The notes under the pieces: model-generated
The model's input: only the letters and a program-made list of their open reading frames with translations
What the model was told of the DNA's origin: nothing
Database searches by the model: none
Virus record (IMG/VR): IMGVR_UViG_3300032257_000036
Coordinates: 1 to 42,260 of that record
Length of the DNA: 42,260 bases
Origin: a virus
Lineage: Duplodnaviria; Caudoviricetes
Strand: one strand, 5' to 3'
Program-made: the position numbers and the translations under genes
Shown here: positions 26,834-35,837 of the stretch, one piece after another
How positions within the stretch are numbered: position 1 is the first letter of the stretch
Layout of the letters: the number at the start of each line of letters is the position of its first letter

Positions 26834-26942
26834 TGGTATAGGCCTCCGTATACCAGGATATATAGCCAGCGTAGGTTTATATCCTTCGCCGCATCCTTTA
26901 TTTATCAATAACTTACGTGTGATGACGTCCAAAATGCTGTCT
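26834..26942. promoter_or_regulatory. Non-coding site next to terS: inverted repeat, IHF consensus and integrase-arm-like repeats (possible packaging-initiation region)
   Basis: TGGTATA-N8-TATACCA (26834-26855); TATCAATAACTTA (26903-26915); GATGACGTCCAA-AATGCTGTCT (26921-26942). Confidence 0.5.
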
Positions 26943-27005
26943 AGTCACTGTTTTTATGGTGGGGTTTCATTTCAAATCGACAAAGTACATACGTGGTTAA
27001 CGTTA

Positions 27006-27509
27006 TCAATGCACACTCAACCCTAGCGTCTCAAGTACCGCCTGTGCTTTCTCCGCGCCCAGTTCTTTCTCTAGCCTATCAATCATACTGTCCACGCTTG
27101 AATCAGTTACATCTTTGTGCTGCTCGACGTAATGTCCTTCTACTTTACCTGCTGACTGTTCAGCGTTAACTGCTGCGCCGTAGTTTCCTGCTGCTTCAGA
27201 TCTTCGTGATAGCTCTCTTAACCTTTTTAGGTGTGCTTCTCTGTCGTCAATGGCGTGACCTAATCCATCTAGCCTCAATGCCGTGATGATGGCGGAGAGT
27301 TTAGGGGTTTGTTTTATTCGGTACGACTCTATTGAGCACGCGGCATCTGACATCTTGTCAGACTTGTAGGCGTCCTTATAAGCTTGGACTTCTGTCTTAC
27401 CTTCTACTATTCCGAGTAGCCACTTATACTGTTTATCGGTTAGTGACTTTAGCTGGTACTCGAACTCTTCGCCCATTGCTTCTAGGTCTATGTCTAGTGT
27501 CTTTGTCAA
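27006..27509 (-). CDS. terS: Terminase small subunit
   Basis: LTDKQ...G....QAY..AY HTH; A..AE...GKVEGHYVE C-terminus. Confidence 0.8.
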   Translation of the reverse strand: MTKTLDIDLEAMGEEFEYQLKSLTDKQYKWLLGIVEGKTEVQAYKDAYKSDKMSDAACSIESYRIKQTPKLSAIITALRLDGLGHAIDDREAHLKRLRELSRRSEAAGNYGAAVNAEQSAGKVEGHYVEQHKDVTDSSVDSMIDRLEKELGAEKAQAVLETLGLSVH

Positions 27510-27790
27510 AAGTTCTTATCCTTCCATTCGAATATTTGTAAGTCAGCATTAGTTCCTGACACATCGTAGTAAACTTGTTTGTTTGATAGGTCTACGGGCT
27601 CTGTGACCTTTTCGCCTACTGTAGTTTTTGTTGAATATAAGATCTTTCCTGATACGTCATTATCTCTAATTGTTAGCGTGGCTAGATTAGTCCCATCTGC
27701 GTTAAGCTTGTAACCCCCTAACACTTTAGAGTTAATACTCACTGTGCCAGTGCCCGTGATAGCGTTGCTTGCTGCTCTTATGCGCGCCAC
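27506..27790 (-). CDS. Small beta-rich structural protein (possible capsid decoration)
   Basis: Alternating beta pattern; G/T/S-rich. Confidence 0.5.
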   Translation of the reverse strand: MARIRAASNAITGTGTVSINSKVLGGYKLNADGTNLATLTIRDNDVSGKILYSTKTTVGEKVTEPVDLSNKQVYYDVSGTNADLQIFEWKDKNF

Positions 27791-28044
27791 AGTCTTAAAT
27801 CCTCTATCATTCTATCGCACTGCTCTAATGTTTTTGGTGGATTCATATTGTAGTGCGTGAAGAACTTTTGTCTTCGCCCTACTTCACCCATATTATTGTC
27901 TGTTATGTTCTGCTTGATGATCTGGCACTCTCTTATGTAGTTTGAGCGCCAATTAGGACCAAGCTCAGAGACTATCTGTATAAAGGCTTCGTTAGTATTG
28001 AATAACCTTTTCTTTCTTCTAAGATTCTTATACCACTTGATCAT
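27778..28044 (-). CDS. Hypothetical protein
   Basis: Coupled ORF. Confidence 0.6.
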   Translation of the reverse strand: MIKWYKNLRRKKRLFNTNEAFIQIVSELGPNWRSNYIRECQIIKQNITDNNMGEVGRRQKFFTHYNMNPPKTLEQCDRMIEDLRLWRA

Positions 28045-28231
28045 TAAACCAATCCCAGTTATAAACGTATTGATTTCCAGCGGTTGATGTTGGGGACACT
28101 GTTAACACGCCTGAGTAAGCAAAGCTCACCGCTTGCCTGTCTCCTTGATCGATAGTTCCGTCAGTTTGGTTTAAAGGCATGTAGACTTGGTTGAATGATA
28201 AAGCAGACTGTCTTTTTGTTGCGGTGTCCAT
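28028..28231 (-). CDS. Small hypothetical protein
   Basis: TAATG coupling with the upstream gene. Confidence 0.6.
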   Translation of the reverse strand: MDTATKRQSALSFNQVYMPLNQTDGTIDQGDRQAVSFAYSGVLTVSPTSTAGNQYVYNWDWFNDQVV

Positions 28232-29613
28232 TATGACCACTCGCCCCTTGTGTAGGTTCCTGCTGAATCGCTATGTGTTGATGTTCCAACATCGCCAGAG
28301 TCGGCATCATTCCTTAATGTTTGAGTTGTGGAGGTTTGCGTCATTTTGTTTCTTGCTAGCGCATAAAGCCATCCTAATTTAGCAAAGGCCGTAGCTGTTG
28401 CGGCTGGTACGCTTCCTGGCTCTGCGAAAGTGTCAGTATTCATTACGTCTAAGACTTCCGCGTTGACTTGTGCGGCACTTAAATCATTTAATCCTGACAC
28501 ACTTGCTGCGGTGGCTAGGCTTGATAAAGCGCCTGCATTAGGCAGTAAATCTGTTACGGCTTTAATCGCATCTGCTACCGTGTCAATGGTGTCTATCTTT
28601 GTGTCTAGTGCGCCTGTGTTAGTGAGGATGGATGCAATCTCTGTTGCTATTTCACCAAACGATCCTACAGTCACATGACCGCTTTGTAATTCATCCCATA
28701 CCTGATCAGCAATGGCGTTAACGGTTGGCGGTGTTGTTGTGTTGGGTGCGTAGTTCGGTTGTGATGTTGCTAATGTCACACCATCACTGCCCGTTAATGT
28801 ATCTAAATCAGCTTGAGCTGTTGAAATAGTTGCGGGTATGTCTGTTGTGGTGTCAGTTTGAATAATATCAACTTGATTCGCCATCTTGCCTGATGTGGCT
28901 TCGTCTAGCTCTGATAGCCTTGACTCTGTACACACTGAAGCTAACGCTGCTGAGTCGGTACCTCTCATGTCTGTGTTAGTCGTACAAGTGCCAATGGTTG
29001 AGTTGGCTTTAGCGTATCCTGTACCGTCATAGTCTAGTTCTAAATTATCAGCGGCTGTTGAATCGCCTGATACTGCTGTGACATCTGCTGTGACTTGGTT
29101 GGTAACCGTTGTGGTGGTGTCACATAATTGAATGTCTGTACCTGATAGGTCAACTGCTGTGGTGGCGTTCTCTACATTACCCCAATCTATACCAGCCGCA
29201 CCCGTGGATGTAACATCCAACGTTCTTTGTACTGTGGTTGGTCTTAGTAATCCTCGGTTATCAATGCTAAAGCTAGCCGCAATAAAGTTAATCGTTGCCG
29301 CGTCTACAGTAATACTTGAGACTACAACAGTATAATCACTGCCTGCTGCGAAAAAACCCGCATCGGTGTTATTAGAGGTATCTATACTAAATCCATGTAT
29401 ACCTGTTATACCATCAAAATCTATTCCGTCGGTATCTAGTAAGGTATAGCCTGCGTCACTCGATCGTTGAGTTGTTGAACCGTCTTTGTAGATTTCAATA
29501 TCCGTCACCGCTAGTCCAGTGGTAGTGACAGATGCAGACGGATCATTGCTATCAAATGTATTAAAATAAATATAGATAGTTTGGCCTGTTGGGAAGTCGC
29601 CCAGGTAGTTCAT
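28231..29613 (-). CDS. Thr/Asp/Ala-rich virion fibre/spike-like protein
   Basis: Beta-sandwich-like N-terminus; IADQVWDE-type shaft motifs; 460 aa. Confidence 0.6.
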   Translation of the reverse strand: MNYLGDFPTGQTIYIYFNTFDSNDPSASVTTTGLAVTDIEIYKDGSTTQRSSDAGYTLLDTDGIDFDGITGIHGFSIDTSNNTDAGFFAAGSDYTVVVSSITVDAATINFIAASFSIDNRGLLRPTTVQRTLDVTSTGAAGIDWGNVENATTAVDLSGTDIQLCDTTTTVTNQVTADVTAVSGDSTAADNLELDYDGTGYAKANSTIGTCTTNTDMRGTDSAALASVCTESRLSELDEATSGKMANQVDIIQTDTTTDIPATISTAQADLDTLTGSDGVTLATSQPNYAPNTTTPPTVNAIADQVWDELQSGHVTVGSFGEIATEIASILTNTGALDTKIDTIDTVADAIKAVTDLLPNAGALSSLATAASVSGLNDLSAAQVNAEVLDVMNTDTFAEPGSVPAATATAFAKLGWLYALARNKMTQTSTTQTLRNDADSGDVGTSTHSDSAGTYTRGEWS

Positions 29614-30639
29614 TTAGATCGGGCCTCCCATGGGTCCGTAAAGTGGTCCATATATTGTTGATGTTGGCGCATTCGTACCACCCGCTGAAATAAACTCAAA
29701 TGCACCCCGATGGTAACTAGATCGTGCCGTAGTGGTTATGTCATCGGTGGGAACTTCTGAATCGCCGCTGTTAGTCTGTCCGGTTTGCTCATCACCTGAT
29801 GCTAGACTGTAGTCTTCGTTTGCTAGATCAGTAAATGTGTATGTTATGGTGTTTTGATCGTTAGTACCGCTTGTTGGGTCGGTGCCGTTGTCTGTGTCGT
29901 TATAATCACTAGAGCTGTGGGGAGTTCCATTAACATCTGTTGTAGTGTTTTGAAATACTGTGTTGACAAGTCGAGTTCCTGAGCTAACAAAAACACCTTC
30001 AGTGCAGTTTTCAATGGTATTGTTGTAAATATGATAAGTCGCTGATGCTGCGCTACAGTCAATAGCTTTACCATTTGATCTGTCAAAATCGTAGAATAAA
30101 CAGTTTGTGATTCGATACGTCGGATCGGAATCCGTCATATCAATCCCTGTTATTTGTCCCGTTGGGGTGCCAGTGACGATCGACTTAAATACACATCTTT
30201 CAATTCTTATGTCTGCACCAGAACCATTAACGGCTGTTCTTATGCAGGGTCTTGCTGAGCTTGATGATGTTAATCCATTACGACGATATGGAATTCCTAC
30301 TATTCGCATAAAGTCGGTGCGGATATCATCCATTTGGTCTGCGCCTGTTCCTTTGTCAACAAAGAAATGGCCAGAGTAACTGGGTGTGCCGTTTTGTTCG
30401 TCGCTAGCATTAATTTCTAGCTGTAAAAAATTTGATGCGCTTGTTGTTATATTCCAAACTTCGCTTGTGGAATCTTGGCCGCCTGCGCAATAAACAATGA
30501 AATCATCTGTTAATGTTGATGGAAGGCTTGATCCTGCTTCCGATCTCGACACCCAAGCACGGTTAGCTCCTGATGTTGCGTTAGTGGTGCCGTCACCGCC
30601 AGAAGATGATCCCGTATTGATGTATCGAGTTGTGGTCAT
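29614..30639 (-). CDS. Parallel beta-helix (pectin-lyase-like) protein
   Basis: ITNCLFY and IYNNTIENC repeats; GDGT N-terminal motif; GAFE C-terminal motif. Confidence 0.65.
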   Translation of the reverse strand: MTTTRYINTGSSSGGDGTTNATSGANRAWVSRSEAGSSLPSTLTDDFIVYCAGGQDSTSEVWNITTSASNFLQLEINASDEQNGTPSYSGHFFVDKGTGADQMDDIRTDFMRIVGIPYRRNGLTSSSSARPCIRTAVNGSGADIRIERCVFKSIVTGTPTGQITGIDMTDSDPTYRITNCLFYDFDRSNGKAIDCSAASATYHIYNNTIENCTEGVFVSSGTRLVNTVFQNTTTDVNGTPHSSSDYNDTDNGTDPTSGTNDQNTITYTFTDLANEDYSLASGDEQTGQTNSGDSEVPTDDITTTARSSYHRGAFEFISAGGTNAPTSTIYGPLYGPMGGPI

Positions 30640-31157
30640 TGTTGTAGATCATTTTGTATGTCTTGTAATGTTGCGGGCTGGTTTGTTTCTTTGTTGAAAA
30701 CGTTAGAGAAAAATTGTTGACTCTTGAGTGTCATTTCTCTATCTGCCCTTAAATCGTTCTCGTGGCTTGTTGTGAAAACGAAACCATATTTAAACCCTAA
30801 TGGTAAAAGTTGGTTGTCAGCGGCTGCTGAGTCAATCTCGGCTTGCGTCCAACCAAAATCCAGCAAGGCTTGATTATTATCAGGATTTGATGGATCTAGA
30901 AAAATTTCTTTATTGATTAACACCTCAAGCTCATCGTCTGTGAAATCAGGAAGCCCTGTAACATGCACAAATACGTTGAACGGGTTAGATATTGGCTCAA
31001 TATGGGTGTAAGTCTGCCCTGATTTGTTTGAGTAAATTGCAGGATCTTCAAAAAGCACAAAACCGCCGTCAACTTTGCGGGACCTCTCCTTTCCTGAATT
31101 ACCTACCGGTTCTGAGCCATCACGGAACTGAACAAGAAATGAAATATCTCTAGCCAT
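30636..31157 (-). CDS. First late-operon gene, acidic hypothetical protein
   Basis: Start at MARDISF, just downstream of the terminator. Confidence 0.7.
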   Translation of the reverse strand: MARDISFLVQFRDGSEPVGNSGKERSRKVDGGFVLFEDPAIYSNKSGQTYTHIEPISNPFNVFVHVTGLPDFTDDELEVLINKEIFLDPSNPDNNQALLDFGWTQAEIDSAAADNQLLPLGFKYGFVFTTSHENDLRADREMTLKSQQFFSNVFNKETNQPATLQDIQNDLQQ

Positions 31158-31169
31158 TAATTTTTTCCA

Positions 31170-31196
31170 ATAAAAAAACCCGCCGAAGCGGGTTAA
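31170..31196 (-). terminator. Rho-independent terminator (tR'-like)
   Basis: AACCCGC-TTCG-GCGGGTTTTTTT on the minus strand. Confidence 0.9.
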
Positions 31197-31289
31197 ATGT
31201 AGGGGGTCATGCAAGCAGTCTTTAACTGCTCATTATGCTAACGATTGTCAGCTAGGGGCTCGAAACGTAATTATTTCAAGCATACAAAT

Positions 31290-31317
31290 ATGATAACTTT
31301 TTACTGGACGTTTGCAA
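31290..31317 (-). promoter_or_regulatory. Late promoter (pR'-like)
   Basis: TTGCAA-16-TATCAT immediately after the Q-like gene. Confidence 0.6.
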
Positions 31318-31327
31318 CCCGATTCTG

Positions 31328-31804
31328 TCAGGTTTTTCCTGACAACTCCTGCTTGCTATTTATATATTGATATGCTGCGTTTGCCCATTGATCATCAATA
31401 ATTTGAAATACAGCTTCATAACGTTTCCCCCACCTTTTATACCAGGAACTATCAGTCATTTCTGTGAATGATAATTTTTTTTCAACTGTTTTCCAGTTCG
31501 CTGGATCTGCGGTTTCAGCTATCGCTAAACCTGCAAGTTTTCTCAGTTGTAATGCGCCTTTTTTTATTTTCCATTTTTCAGCTACAGCAAGTTTAGTTGT
31601 GCGCATCCATAAAGCATATTCTAATTCGTTTGCCACAGTCCAGTCTTGCGCCCACTTTAAACGCCCCGCTAGATACCAGTGTCTTGGCATGTTCCTGCAT
31701 AACCCTGAAGCATCGGCGATATCAAAACCACTCACACCTCCTGGTATAGCGTCAGGGTTGGGTGTTCTTTGTGACATTAAAGCAAATACTTTAGCTGGAT
31801 TCAT
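31328..31804 (-). CDS. Q: Late antitermination protein Q-like
   Basis: Position before promoter and terminator; D..DA.G N-terminal and W...W...Y C-terminal patterns. Confidence 0.65.
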   Translation of the reverse strand: MNPAKVFALMSQRTPNPDAIPGGVSGFDIADASGLCRNMPRHWYLAGRLKWAQDWTVANELEYALWMRTTKLAVAEKWKIKKGALQLRKLAGLAIAETADPANWKTVEKKLSFTEMTDSSWYKRWGKRYEAVFQIIDDQWANAAYQYINSKQELSGKT

Positions 31805-32114
31805 CGTCTTTACTCATCATGTTAGTGGGCCAGCTTGATCGGCTGCCCTGTGGGAGTTCTTCTTTCAAGCTTTCTGTTATATCTTCAGCTATCCATTCCG
31901 GCTCACACCGCTCATTGTAATGACTGATGTATTTGAAATTTCTTGCTCGATCAATCATGCGGTGATGCTCCCCACCATCATAAGGACATGTTATAAAGTA
32001 TTTTTTATATTTATCATAAAAGACTGATCTTGATTTATCTTTCTTCCAGGTTGATACATCCCAATATATTTGTGCCGATACTAGTTTTATGTCTTCGCTT
32101 TCATATGTTTTCAT
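31791..32114 (-). CDS. Hypothetical protein
   Basis: ORF track. Confidence 0.6.
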   Translation of the reverse strand: MKTYESEDIKLVSAQIYWDVSTWKKDKSRSVFYDKYKKYFITCPYDGGEHHRMIDRARNFKYISHYNERCEPEWIAEDITESLKEELPQGSRSSWPTNMMSKDDESS

Positions 32115-32138
32115 ATCTGATCCATTATGTTGGACCCC

Positions 32139-32525
32139 TTACAATTTATTTAGTTTTTGCTCTATGTCTTTGATCATTAATTCGTAATCTGAAGCTCTAA
32201 GCTTTATTGTTGTGTTTGATAGCCTTTTTAATTCATCTATTGTTTCTTGGCCGTAAGTCTTGATCATAAACGGGTAGTACTCTGGCCCGTTGCTACCTAG
32301 ATTGATATTGCATCGGTAACACTGGACGTGAATGTTTCTTAAATCATACTTCACCGCGTTACCTTGAGCCTGCGGGATAAAGTGCCCGGCTTGAAGTTCT
32401 TTCCAGTGCTTTCTTAATCCGCACGTTACGCATTCCGCCACTTCGCAATCAGCGTATCGTCGTCTAACGTATTCGCTCGTTAGCTTCCAGAGGTTCTTTC
32501 TAAGCGTTTTGGTAGACTTAGCCAT
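32139..32525 (-). CDS. ninG: NinG/Rap-family nuclease
   Basis: YVRRR...CVTCG...QAGHF...NIHVQCYRCN. Confidence 0.9.
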   Translation of the reverse strand: MAKSTKTLRKNLWKLTSEYVRRRYADCEVAECVTCGLRKHWKELQAGHFIPQAQGNAVKYDLRNIHVQCYRCNINLGSNGPEYYPFMIKTYGQETIDELKRLSNTTIKLRASDYELMIKDIEQKLNKL

Positions 32526-32721
32526 CACAAAACCTCTTAAAGTTTAAAATACCTTTCGACCTCATGCCACGATTGTATAATTTGATTAACTCCTGTTGGC
32601 AGGATATTAAATCTACCTCCTTTGGTGCTGAAGACGTTAAGATATCACCCCGCCCGTTATTACCAACAACCTTATACGGTGCGTGAGTGCCGATGACTTT
32701 TGTTAAGTAATGTATGCTCAT
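32518..32721 (-). CDS. Hypothetical protein
   Basis: Coupled ORF in the nin region. Confidence 0.55.
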   Translation of the reverse strand: MSIHYLTKVIGTHAPYKVVGNNGRGDILTSSAPKEVDLISCQQELIKLYNRGMRSKGILNFKRFCDG

Positions 32722-33020
32722 TGGTTCTCCTCGCTTGGAAACTCAACATGTACGCCAAAGTTCTCAGATATATGTCTATCTAAAACCAGATAGACATCTG
32801 AAGGATTAATGCTGTCCATCTCAGTTGTTGATTCCTTTCCCGTTAATGCTTTCATAATAGGACGCCATAAAAGTTCTTTCGCTAAAGATCCATTCCAGGG
32901 TACCTCAACTTGCTTTACCTCAAGCACAGCTTTAGTTTCATAGCCTGCGTCATTCAAAGCCGTTGACAATAAATCTAAATACTTGTGAACAGCTTTATTC
33001 TGTTGGCTTGTACGTTTCAT
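32718..33020 (-). CDS. ninB: NinB-like protein
   Basis: RTSQQN...H...STTEM...V.FP. Confidence 0.7.
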   Translation of the reverse strand: MKRTSQQNKAVHKYLDLLSTALNDAGYETKAVLEVKQVEVPWNGSLAKELLWRPIMKALTGKESTTEMDSINPSDVYLVLDRHISENFGVHVEFPSEENQ

Positions 33021-33029
33021 GTGAAACTC

Positions 33030-33356
33030 CTACTTGTTAACACCAATATGTCTAAACTCGATCCATTTTCCTGACTGGTTTGCACACTCGATGGCTTTTT
33101 CCATTCCGTCTGACACACCATAATCTGAGTAGATGACAACCATCTTGACTGCGGCCATCCACTCGTAGCCACACACGATACCTTTCTGTCTTTGGTCCTT
33201 ATCGTTGTCGTCTAAGTATTGCGTATAGAATCCATGAGAAGCAAAAGGTGCTTCACCTCTGTCTAGCGAATCCATTACGCAGCGTCTCAGGTATTCTTTA
33301 TTTCTATCAACATCGCCCGCATAAGGGCTTTCAATAATTACTCGCATCATAATCAT
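33030..33356 (-). CDS. Nucleoside deoxyribosyltransferase-like Rossmann protein (DUF4406-like)
   Basis: VIIESPYAGD...PFASH..Y...GVSDGM. Confidence 0.7.
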   Translation of the reverse strand: MIMMRVIIESPYAGDVDRNKEYLRRCVMDSLDRGEAPFASHGFYTQYLDDNDKDQRQKGIVCGYEWMAAVKMVVIYSDYGVSDGMEKAIECANQSGKWIEFRHIGVNK

Positions 33357-33461
33357 TCTCCAAATATTAATGTGTATAGAACACCAACTAATAAACCAAC
33401 TAAAACGCTGCTGATAACTAATGCTATTGTTTTCAGCGAATTAAAAAAAGCTAATAGTTTT

Positions 33462-33650
33462 TCATCTGCTTTGTTTTTCATACGCCCTCCCTTGCTCGTC
33501 AAAATATATTTGTGTTCCCACCTCATGCTTACCTAAACTTTTTCCATTTTGTTGAACGTATAAAACTTTTGCACCGAAAGTTTCTTTCATTGCGTCGATA
33601 AAGCCGACGACCTGACTAAAGTCTTTTCTGTTTTGATCTTTAGAATTCAT
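33462..33650 (-). CDS. Hypothetical protein
   Basis: Overlaps the helicase stop. Confidence 0.6.
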   Translation of the reverse strand: MNSKDQNRKDFSQVVGFIDAMKETFGAKVLYVQQNGKSLGKHEVGTQIYFDEQGRAYEKQSR

Positions 33651-34542
33651 AAGGCATAACCCTGTTGTGAACATCTGGCGTTAGCTGTAGGCTTTTCTCA
33701 TTAAACCAAAATTTAAACTTTCCCTCGTATTCTCCATTACGCTGTTTAACCACATCTAACGTTATGTCTGCCTCATCTTCGTTGAACTCTTTTCCCTCAT
33801 TCCTTAATTGTTCTTTTTTCTTATTACAATGAACCGCGATAGCATTATCAACGAGATCTACAACCTCCCCTGCCCCTCTAAAATCATGTTTTCCAGGCGG
33901 AAAGAATTCACCTTTTTCATGTTTGCGCATGTGATGAATTAAGTGGATATGAATATTTTCAGACTTCGCTGCCCAACATAAACGATCAACAAACCTTGCC
34001 TGACCGTCCATGTCATCTTTAGCAATCCCGCATTTCATTAATGAATCAATAATGATGTGATTTATTTTTAGTTCTTGTGCGGCGTAATGAACCATTCCTA
34101 GAATACGATCTGCTTTCACCGTATCTGTTTGATCGTAGAGCCATAACCTGTCATCAGTCCACTTTAAAAAACGTGTTGCATATTCATCAGACGGAATATC
34201 ACACCCCACGGCCTGCTTTAACATTCGCTTTAATGTCTTTGTGTATTTCATTTCAAGTGACGCTATCAACCAGCGTGATTGCCTTAACGCCCATGCGCAG
34301 ACTTGGGTGGTGACCATAGATTTCTTGTGCCCGTTATACCCACCCCAGATCGTAACCTCACCTGGACGCATACAAAAATATGCGTGTGTTTTTGACCAGG
34401 GTAAAAAGTCTCCTTGCTCTTCTGGTTTTTTTCTAAACTCCGCCAACACGTCATCTACTACATCACTTGGCTTAATAACATATTGTGATTCTTGTTTTCC
34501 AAGAAACTTTAAGAAATCGATGTCATCACTAATGGTTTGCAT
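33640..34542 (-). CDS. DnaB/T7 gp4-like replicative helicase domain
   Basis: GYNGHKKS (variant Walker A), SLEM, IIIDSL, H..K, KQRNGE. Confidence 0.85.
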   Translation of the reverse strand: MQTISDDIDFLKFLGKQESQYVIKPSDVVDDVLAEFRKKPEEQGDFLPWSKTHAYFCMRPGEVTIWGGYNGHKKSMVTTQVCAWALRQSRWLIASLEMKYTKTLKRMLKQAVGCDIPSDEYATRFLKWTDDRLWLYDQTDTVKADRILGMVHYAAQELKINHIIIDSLMKCGIAKDDMDGQARFVDRLCWAAKSENIHIHLIHHMRKHEKGEFFPPGKHDFRGAGEVVDLVDNAIAVHCNKKKEQLRNEGKEFNEDEADITLDVVKQRNGEYEGKFKFWFNEKSLQLTPDVHNRVMPYEF

Positions 34543-34951
34543 TTCTCGCCCTCATGAAAGCTTTCGCTTCTCTGTCTAGATCTTGTTTGCTTAAACGCTC
34601 CCCTCGCTTCCTTTGTGAATCTGCTATATTTAAAATTAATTCTTCATGCGAAATTTCCTCTTGTTGTTTTTGATTTTTAGATGCTTGTATTTTATTTCGT
34701 AAGGTCTCGAAACTTTGAAACTCACCCAGCCCGCCATCTGGAAATAAGTCAGACATATTTAAATTTAACGACTGCAAAACATCCAAAACCCCACAACCTG
34801 CCAAACAGTTCATTAAGATCCTTCCGTCACTAAGCAATTGAATCCCCAGCGAAGGCGACTTATCTTTGTGCGCTGGACAACACGCTAACCACTGGTTGTG
34901 TCTGGTTTGTTTTACTTTACTGAGCTGAGGGAGGATTAAATTAATACTCAT
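34529..34951 (-). CDS. Stand-alone primase CHC2 zinc-finger protein
   Basis: CPAHKDKSPSL...CLAGC; no TOPRIM domain. Confidence 0.8.
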   Translation of the reverse strand: MSINLILPQLSKVKQTRHNQWLACCPAHKDKSPSLGIQLLSDGRILMNCLAGCGVLDVLQSLNLNMSDLFPDGGLGEFQSFETLRNKIQASKNQKQQEEISHEELILNIADSQRKRGERLSKQDLDREAKAFMRARNANH

Positions 34952-35631
34952 ATGCCATCACCTCCAAAACTAACAACACTTTCTTTTTCGTCAGACCACC
35001 TTTCCCCATGTAGGTACGTAGTTGGTAATGGAATGTATTTTTTTTGAGTTTCGTTATATCGAGTTTCAATATCCTTTAACGCAAGTTCTTTTTTCTTTTT
35101 CGTTAAAGCATTCCAAGCTACCTCAGATTTTTTTCTATTTTCTTTTTTAGGATAACGTTCCCAAAAAACGGAAAAGTCTAATCCGTCAGGATTGGACGTT
35201 ATATCTGTCTCTGTCTCTGTCTCTGTCTCTGTCTCTGGGGTTACGGTTGAAGTACGGTTTCGTAACGGATTAGTTACGGCTTCGTTACACCCTTGATTTT
35301 CTTTGTTTTTTCCTTCCGTGTTGCCATCAAGATTGTCTTGATCTAGTATTTCAAAAAAACCGGCCTTAATGATTTCTTGAAGCGCTTTTGTCAGCGCATC
35401 GATATCAGCGCGTAACCTAAATGATATTTTCCGTAACGAATCCGTAACCAATCCGCTACATGGATCTTTATGCTCGCTAGCTAACAACCAAAGCATCGGA
35501 AGTAATGCCCTCGCCTCCACGCTCATAGACTGATATTCGTAATTATCAAGCAAAGACTTATGAAGCCGTATCCATGGCGGTTTACGGTCCTTGTAGGATT
35601 GGTGTGATTCCCAGTTAAATGCTTTAATCAT
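34948..35631 (-). CDS. Replication initiator (lambda O-like)
   Basis: NW..HQSYKDRKPPWIRLH; ETETE linker; FW..YPKK...YL...RW.DE. Confidence 0.85.
   Translation of the reverse strand: MIKAFNWESHQSYKDRKPPWIRLHKSLLDNYEYQSMSVEARALLPMLWLLASEHKDPCSGLVTDSLRKISFRLRADIDALTKALQEIIKAGFFEILDQDNLDGNTEGKNKENQGCNEAVTNPLRNRTSTVTPETETETETETDITSNPDGLDFSVFWERYPKKENRKKSEVAWNALTKKKKELALKDIETRYNETQKKYIPLPTTYLHGERWSDEKESVVSFGGDGI
35240..35448. promoter_or_regulatory. Probable replication-origin iterons within the initiator gene
   Basis: GTTAC(GG)/CGTAAC copies at 35240, 35261, 35273, 35284, 35431 and 35442, next to a T-rich tract. Confidence 0.5.
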
Positions 35632-35837
35632 TTGGATGCTCGCTGTGTATAGATTCCTTTCTCCTTTTCCATTTTCTCAACCTGCTCAGGTGAGCGATTA
35701 CTGATAAGCCTTTCTAGTTTTTTACACGCGCTCACCTTCTCCTCTTTATTCCACGCACAAGCCAGATCATGTGCAGCTTTACCAATCTGCTGTTCAAGCA
35801 GATCATCTCTATGTTCAAATGCTTTCTCATTTGTCAT
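35628..35837 (-). CDS. Hypothetical protein
   Basis: LISNRSPEQVEKMEKEKG; coupled ORF. Confidence 0.65.
   Translation of the reverse strand: MTNEKAFEHRDDLLEQQIGKAAHDLACAWNKEEKVSACKKLERLISNRSPEQVEKMEKEKGIYTQRASK

Noticed and set aside
26799-27026. 75-aa plus-strand ORF
   Set aside because: Antisense to the late operon, with no clear RBS or motif; the region is better explained as a cis-acting site
31158-31214. N-terminal extension of ORF 30636-31214
   Set aside because: It runs through the terminator hairpin; the start at 31157 is more plausible
35204-35237. (TCTCTG)n microsatellite as a contingency locus
   Set aside because: It encodes the ETETET linker common in phage initiators, and the 6-nt unit does not switch frame
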